Shown: piece after piece, positions 27,243 through 32,000 of the stretch
Layout of the letters: every line of letters starts with the position of its first letter
Numbering within the stretch: the first letter of the stretch is position 1
DNA from: Enterobacterales bacterium endosymbiont of Anomoneura mori
GTDB taxonomy: Bacteria; Pseudomonadota; Gammaproteobacteria; Enterobacterales; Enterobacteriaceae_A
DNA: 32,000 bases
Reading direction: 5' to 3'
Assembly (NCBI RefSeq): GCF_047159375.1
Contig: NZ_AP031381.1
Span: forward strand, 180,001 to 212,000
Translations under genes and position numbers: made by a program
The notes under the pieces: generated by a model
Database searches by the model: none
What the model was told of the DNA's origin: nothing
Seen by the model: only the letters and a program-made list of their open reading frames with translations

Positions 27243-27923
27243 TTAAAAATTTTTTTTAATATAATTTAAAAAATTTATATTTTCTAAAATTTCTTTTTTA
27301 TTAGCATATATTATTTTAGTTTTTTTTAATATTTTATTATTTTTATATTTTTTATCATTTATTTTAATTTTTTTTTGTCCTCCTGTCATTAATAAATAAA
27401 TTTTTGATAATAATTTTGCATCAGTTAAAGCACTATGAAAAACACGTTTACTTAAATCTATTTCATATCTTTCGCATAAAGAGTTTAAATTATTGTTTTT
27501 TCCAGGAAAAATTTTTCTTGCCATTGATAAAGTATCAATTACATTACAAATTGTTTCTATTTTTGGTATATTTTTATTAAGTAATGAAAATTCATAATTT
27601 ATAAAATTAACATCAAACATTGCATTATGAGCAATTAAATCGGCTCCATAAATTAATTTTAAAAATTCTTTATAAATATCTTTAAATTTTTTTTTATCAT
27701 TTAAAAATTTATTACTTATTCCATGTATAGCTAAAGCTTCAGGATCAATTGGTCTATTTGGATTTAAGTAAGAATGAAAAATTTTCCCTGTAAATTTTCT
27801 ATTTATTAATTCTATTGCTCCAATTTCAATAATACGATGTCCTATATAATATAATCCAAATTTATTTAAACCTGTTGTTTCAGTATCAAATATTATTTGT
27901 CTTTTATTAATAATATACCTCAT
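27243..27923 (-). CDS. dnaQ: DNA polymerase III epsilon subunit (3'-5' proofreading exonuclease)
   Basis: 226 aa. The Exo I (IIFDTETTG), Exo II (AHNAMFDVNF) and Exo III (HSALTDAKLL) motifs are intact. MTGGQ is followed by a short, basic C-terminal tail. Confidence 0.94.
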   Translation of the reverse strand: MRYIINKRQIIFDTETTGLNKFGLYYIGHRIIEIGAIELINRKFTGKIFHSYLNPNRPIDPEALAIHGISNKFLNDKKKFKDIYKEFLKLIYGADLIAHNAMFDVNFINYEFSLLNKNIPKIETICNVIDTLSMARKIFPGKNNNLNSLCERYEIDLSKRVFHSALTDAKLLSKIYLLMTGGQKKIKINDKKYKNNKILKKTKIIYANKKEILENINFLNYIKKNF

Positions 27924-28027
27924 TTTTTAAAATAATATTAATTATATAAATATTAATTTTTTTTATTAATTTAAAATATAATAAATTTAATTATAATATT
28001 AAATATTTTTAAGTTAAAAAAAATTTT

Positions 28028-29671
28028 TTAATATTTTTTTAATTTAATAATTCTATTAAAAATTAAATTATTTTTATATTTAGTTTTAACTAAACAAAAA
28101 TAACCTATACGTTCAAGTTGAAATGAATTATAATTTTTTAAATAATATAAATTTGGTTCTACATAACTATTTTTAATAATTAAAGAATTAGGATTAATTA
28201 TTGAAATAATATTTTTATATTTTCCAGGATTAGGAACTTTAAATAAATGATTATATAAATTAATAGTTACAGGTATTGAATGTTTTTTAGAAACCCAATG
28301 AATTACATTAATTGATTTATTATTAATTTTTATTTTTTTATTTAAAGTATTATAATAATAAATACAATAAATTTTTTTAATATTTCCACATATATTTTTA
28401 ATAATTTTTTTTGCTTTAATTACATATGAATTTCTTAATCTTATTTTTCTACCTAAAATTAAACGTTTATAATTTTTATCAAATTTTTCTTTATAATCAG
28501 ATTTATCAATATAAATTTTTTTACTAAATGGAACAATACGATAACCTTCTTTAATATTTTTAGGATTTTTTAACATTAAAATCATTTCTATATGTTTACC
28601 CATATTTTTAATAATAATTATTAATGGATCAATTACTCCCATATAATGTAATGATTTTTTATTTAAATCATTTCTAACATAATGTTCTAATGTTTCAATA
28701 TTAATTAAACTTTCTTGATTAGTTATACCAATATTTTTGCAAAAATTATAAATAGAATTTGAACTATAACCTTTACATTTTAAACCAGATAATGTTGGCA
28801 TTCTTGGATCGTCCCAATTATTAACAAATTTATTTTTAACTAAAAATTTTAATTTTCTTTTAGATAATATATAGTAAGTTAAATTTAATCTAGAAAATTC
28901 ATATTGACAAGGATTAAATTTTTTTGTAATATTATCTAGTATCCAATTATATAAAATACGATTATCTAAAAATTCTAATGTACATAAAGAATGAGTAATT
29001 TTTTCTAATGAATCAGAAATACAATGAGAAAAATCATAAGTTGGATAAATACACCATGTTTTATTAGTTTTAAAATGTTTAATATATTTAATTCTATATA
29101 ATATTGGATCTCTCATAACAATATTAAATGAAGACATATTAATTTTTGCACGTAAACAAGCAGCACCTTCTGGGAAATATCCATATTTCATTTTTTTAAA
29201 CATATATAAATTTTCTTTAATACTCCTATTTCTAAATGGACTTATTTTACCTGGTTTAGTTAAAGTACCTCTATATTTATGAATTTTATTTTTTGATAAT
29301 TCATCAACATATGCTAAATTTTTTTTAATTAATTCTTTTGCATATTTATAAATTATATTAAAATAATCAGAAGTATAATAAATATTATTAATAATTTTAA
29401 ATCCTAACCATTTTATATCTTTTATAATAAATTTAATATATTTTAAATTTTCAGAATTTGGATTAGTATCATCAAAACGTAAATTACATTTTCCATTATA
29501 TTTTTTTGCTATATTTAAATTTAAAAAAATAGATTTAGCATGACCAATATGTAAAAAACCATTTGGTTCTGGTGGAAATCTTGTAGTTATTGTTTTATAT
29601 TTTTTACATATTAAATCTTTTTTAATAATATTAAAAATAAAATTTTTTTTATATATATATTTTTTTTTCAT
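28028..29671 (-). CDS. glnS: Glutaminyl-tRNA synthetase
   Basis: 547 aa. TRFPPEPNGFLHIGHAKS carries HIGH, and the LSKRKL motif is present. CIYPTYDFSHCISDSLEKITHSLCTLEF is colinear with E. coli GlnRS. Confidence 0.97.
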   Translation of the reverse strand: MKKKYIYKKNFIFNIIKKDLICKKYKTITTRFPPEPNGFLHIGHAKSIFLNLNIAKKYNGKCNLRFDDTNPNSENLKYIKFIIKDIKWLGFKIINNIYYTSDYFNIIYKYAKELIKKNLAYVDELSKNKIHKYRGTLTKPGKISPFRNRSIKENLYMFKKMKYGYFPEGAACLRAKINMSSFNIVMRDPILYRIKYIKHFKTNKTWCIYPTYDFSHCISDSLEKITHSLCTLEFLDNRILYNWILDNITKKFNPCQYEFSRLNLTYYILSKRKLKFLVKNKFVNNWDDPRMPTLSGLKCKGYSSNSIYNFCKNIGITNQESLINIETLEHYVRNDLNKKSLHYMGVIDPLIIIIKNMGKHIEMILMLKNPKNIKEGYRIVPFSKKIYIDKSDYKEKFDKNYKRLILGRKIRLRNSYVIKAKKIIKNICGNIKKIYCIYYYNTLNKKIKINNKSINVIHWVSKKHSIPVTINLYNHLFKVPNPGKYKNIISIINPNSLIIKNSYVEPNLYYLKNYNSFQLERIGYFCLVKTKYKNNLIFNRIIKLKKY

Positions 29672-29782
29672 TTTTATTATATTAATAGTTATTTATTAAT
29701 TTAATTGTTATATATTTTTATTAAATTAATTATTATAATTTTTTTTAAAATATTAAAAATAAAAAATATTTAAATTAAATAA

Positions 29783-30390
29783 ATGAAAAAAAAAACTTGG
29801 TTAAAAAAAAAATTAAAAGATAAATATTACATTTTATCTAAAAAAAAAAATTAATATCACGTGCATGGTTTAAACTTGAAGAAATACAAAAATGTTATAA
29901 AATATTTAAATATAATATGATTGTTGTTGATTTAGGAGCAGCACCTGGAAGTTGGTCAAAATATGCAAAAAAAATGGTTGGTACAAAAGGTATTGTTTAT
30001 TCATATGATATAAAAAAAATTAATCCAATTAATGGTATTAATTTTTTTAAAGAAAATATTTTAAATATGAATTTTATTAAAAAAATAACTAATTATATTG
30101 GTTTTAACAATGTTCAAGTTGTAATATCAGATCTTTCACCTAAAATAAGTGGAATTGCTTCAATTGATATACCAAAATCAATTGAATTAGCTAAAAAAGT
30201 TATAAAAATTTGTAATAGTATATTAAAAAAAAAAGGTACATGTATTATAAAAATATTTCAAGGAAATGGTTTTAAAAAATTTATTAAATATATTAATCCA
30301 ATGTTTAAAAAAATCAAAATAATTAAACCATATTCATCTCGTACTACTTCTAAAGAAGTATATATAATTGCTATTAATTATAATTTTTAA
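29783..30390 (+). CDS. rlmE: 23S rRNA Um2552 2'-O-ribose methyltransferase RlmE/FtsJ, interrupted by a frameshift in an A11 tract (about 202 aa if read as A12)
   Basis: The 5' piece (29783-29854) reads MKKKTWLKKKLKDKYYILSKKKN*. The -1 frame from 29851 reads LISRAWFKLEEIQ...MIVVDLGAAPGSW... and continues to the TAA at 30388-30390. Joined, the two pieces are colinear with E. coli RlmE ([33 protein letters not shown]...VVDLGAAPGGW). The track ORF 29917-30390 is only the 3' part. The gene lies upstream of ftsH, as in E. coli. Confidence 0.85.
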
Positions 30391-30423
30391 TTTTTTATAA
30401 AATTTAATATAAAGGAATAAAAA

Positions 30424-32000
30424 ATGAAAAATATATTTAAAAAAATATTTTTTTATTTAAGTTTTATTTTTATAATAATTTTTTTTTTTCAAAATTTTTT
30501 ACCACAAATATCTAATGATTCTGTTGAATATTCAAAATTTATTTCTGATTTAACACAAAATAAAATAAGTGAAGTAAAAATTATTGATAAAGAAATTGAT
30601 GTTATTAAAAAAAATAATGATAAATATATTACTTATATCCCAATTAATGATAATAAACTTTTAGATACTTTATTATTAAAAAATGTTAAAATTTTAAGTG
30701 TTGATAAAAATAATACTACTTTAACAACATTTATTATATCTTGGTTACCATTAATATTTATATTTATAGTTTGGTTATTTTTTATTAAACAAACTCAAGG
30801 TGGAAAAAATATAATTTCATTTATTAAAAATAAAGCAAAATTATTAAAACCAAATAAAATAAAAATAAATTTTAAAGATGTTGCTGGTTGTGAAGAAGCA
30901 AAAGAAGAAATTAAAGAAATAGTTGATTTTTTAAAAAATCCTAATTATTTTAAAAAATTAGGAATTAAAATACCTAAAGGTATATTAATGATTGGTCCTA
31001 CAGGAACCGGTAAGACTTTATTAGCTAAAGCAATTGCTGGTGAAGCAAATGTGCCATTTTTTTCAGTTTCTGGATCTGATTTTGTAGAATTATTTGTAGG
31101 TGTAGGTGCATCTCGTGTTAGAAGCATGTTTATTCAAGCTAAAAATTATTCTCCATGTATAATATTTATTGATGAAATTGATGCTATTGGTAAAAAAAGA
31201 GGACCTAATATAGGAATTAACAATGATGAAAGAGAACAAACTTTAAATCAAATATTAGTAGAAATGGATGGTTTTGAAAGTTTTAAAGGAGTTATTATTA
31301 TAGCTGCTACAAATAGACCAGATGTTTTAGATCCTGCTTTATTAAGACCAGGGCGTTTTGATAGAAAAATTTTTGTAGGACTTCCTGATATTAAAGGACG
31401 TGAAGATATTTTAAGAGTACATATATCTAATATACCTATTTCTAAAGATGTTGATTTATCTTTAATTGCAAGAGGAACACCAGGATTTTCAGGTGCTGAT
31501 TTATCTAATTTAATAAATGAGGCTGCTTTATTAACTGCTCGTGCTAAAAAAAATATAGTAACAATGTTAGAATTTGAAAAAGCAAAAGATAAAATTTTAT
31601 TAGGAATAGAAAGAAATTCTTTAGTTATGACAGAAAAACAAAAAGAATTAATAGCTTATCATGAATCTGGACATACTATTATAGGTTATTTAGTACCTGA
31701 ACATGATCCTGTTCATAAAGTAAGTATTATTCCAAGAGGATGTGCTTTAGGAATTACATTTTTTCTTCCTAAAACTGATATAATGAATGAAAGTTATATA
31801 AAATTAGAAAGTAAAATTTCTACATTATATGGCGGTCGTATTGCTGAAGAATTAATATATGGAAAACAAAATATATCAACTGGATCATATAATGATATTA
31901 AAGTAGCTACTTCAATTGCTCATAATATGATTACTAAATGGGGATTTTCTAATAAATTAGGTCCATTAAATTATGATAATGAAAATTATAATGAATTATC
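30424..32000 (+). CDS. ftsH: ATP-dependent zinc metalloprotease FtsH, N-terminal about 525 codons; the gene continues past the window end
   Basis: Not in the ORF track because it is open at the window edge. Translation from the ATG at 30424 gives two N-terminal hydrophobic segments. It also gives Walker A GPTGTGKT, Walker [10 protein letters not shown], the SRH region [20 protein letters not shown] and the zinc motif HESGH. I read the frame as open to position 32000. Confidence 0.96.
   Translation, partial: MKNIFKKIFFYLSFIFIIIFFFQNFLPQISNDSVEYSKFISDLTQNKISEVKIIDKEIDVIKKNNDKYITYIPINDNKLLDTLLLKNVKILSVDKNNTTLTTFIISWLPLIFIFIVWLFFIKQTQGGKNIISFIKNKAKLLKPNKIKINFKDVAGCEEAKEEIKEIVDFLKNPNYFKKLGIKIPKGILMIGPTGTGKTLLAKAIAGEANVPFFSVSGSDFVELFVGVGASRVRSMFIQAKNYSPCIIFIDEIDAIGKKRGPNIGINNDEREQTLNQILVEMDGFESFKGVIIIAATNRPDVLDPALLRPGRFDRKIFVGLPDIKGREDILRVHISNIPISKDVDLSLIARGTPGFSGADLSNLINEAALLTARAKKNIVTMLEFEKAKDKILLGIERNSLVMTEKQKELIAYHESGHTIIGYLVPEHDPVHKVSIIPRGCALGITFFLPKTDIMNESYIKLESKISTLYGGRIAEELIYGKQNISTGSYNDIKVATSIAHNMITKWGFSNKLGPLNYDNENYNEL

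Noticed and set aside
29917-30390. Treating the 157-aa track ORF (start MIVVDLGAAPGSW) as a complete, N-terminally shortened rlmE
   Set aside because: RlmE homology continues upstream of this ATG in the same frame (LISRAWFKLEEIQ...), and further upstream in another frame. The internal Met corresponds to E. coli M-TVVDLGAAPGGW, so the ORF is the 3' fragment of a frameshifted gene.
30945-31127. Track ORF of 60 aa on the - strand
   Set aside because: It is antisense to the Walker A/AAA+ core of ftsH. I treat it as a shadow ORF.

Overview
This window looks like core chromosome from an extremely A+T-rich, genome-reduced gammaproteobacterial obligate endosymbiont. It appears Enterobacterales-derived and Buchnera/Wigglesworthia-like; I cannot name the species from sequence alone. 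By eye G+C is far below 20 percent, and proteins are dominated by K, I, N, F and Y.

I can support 21 protein genes, all housekeeping: aspS (5' part), cls, rpsI, rplM, alaS, bioA, bioB, bioD, aceE, aceF, leuS, holA, mdfA-like MFS transporter, gyrB, lysS, prfB, pfkA, gltX, dnaQ, glnS, rlmE (frameshifted) and ftsH (5' part). There are also 4 tRNAs (Cys-GCA, Leu-UAA, Phe-GAA, initiator Met-CAU) and the RNase P RNA (rnpB). The ORF track does not contain aspS and ftsH (open at the window edges), the 5' piece of rlmE, or any RNA gene. Six track ORFs are antisense artefacts.

E. coli-like microsynteny blocks survive: rplM-rpsI, cysT-leuZ, bioA/bioB..D, aceEF, leuS..holA, prfB-lysS and rlmE-ftsH. The blocks are juxtaposed in a non-E. 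coli order, and partner genes (bioF, bioC, lpdA, lptE, rnhA) have been cleanly removed.

I found no mobile element, CRISPR array, defence, toxin, secretion or other accessory locus, and no convincing evidence for a novel multi-gene system. This is an ordinary, heavily eroded core region.

The observations most worth a second look are erosion or recoding signatures:
- rlmE is split inside an A11 tract; one slipped A or a -1 ribosomal shift would rescue it.
- RF2 lacks the programmed +1 frameshift and carries NPF in place of the SPF stop-codon-reading tripeptide.
- The LeuRS CP1 editing threonine motif is degraded.
- In-frame A/T homopolymers of 15-19 nt sit inside essential genes.
- A 528-bp gene-free, almost pure A/T spacer lies next to a compact rnpB that has a near-consensus promoter.
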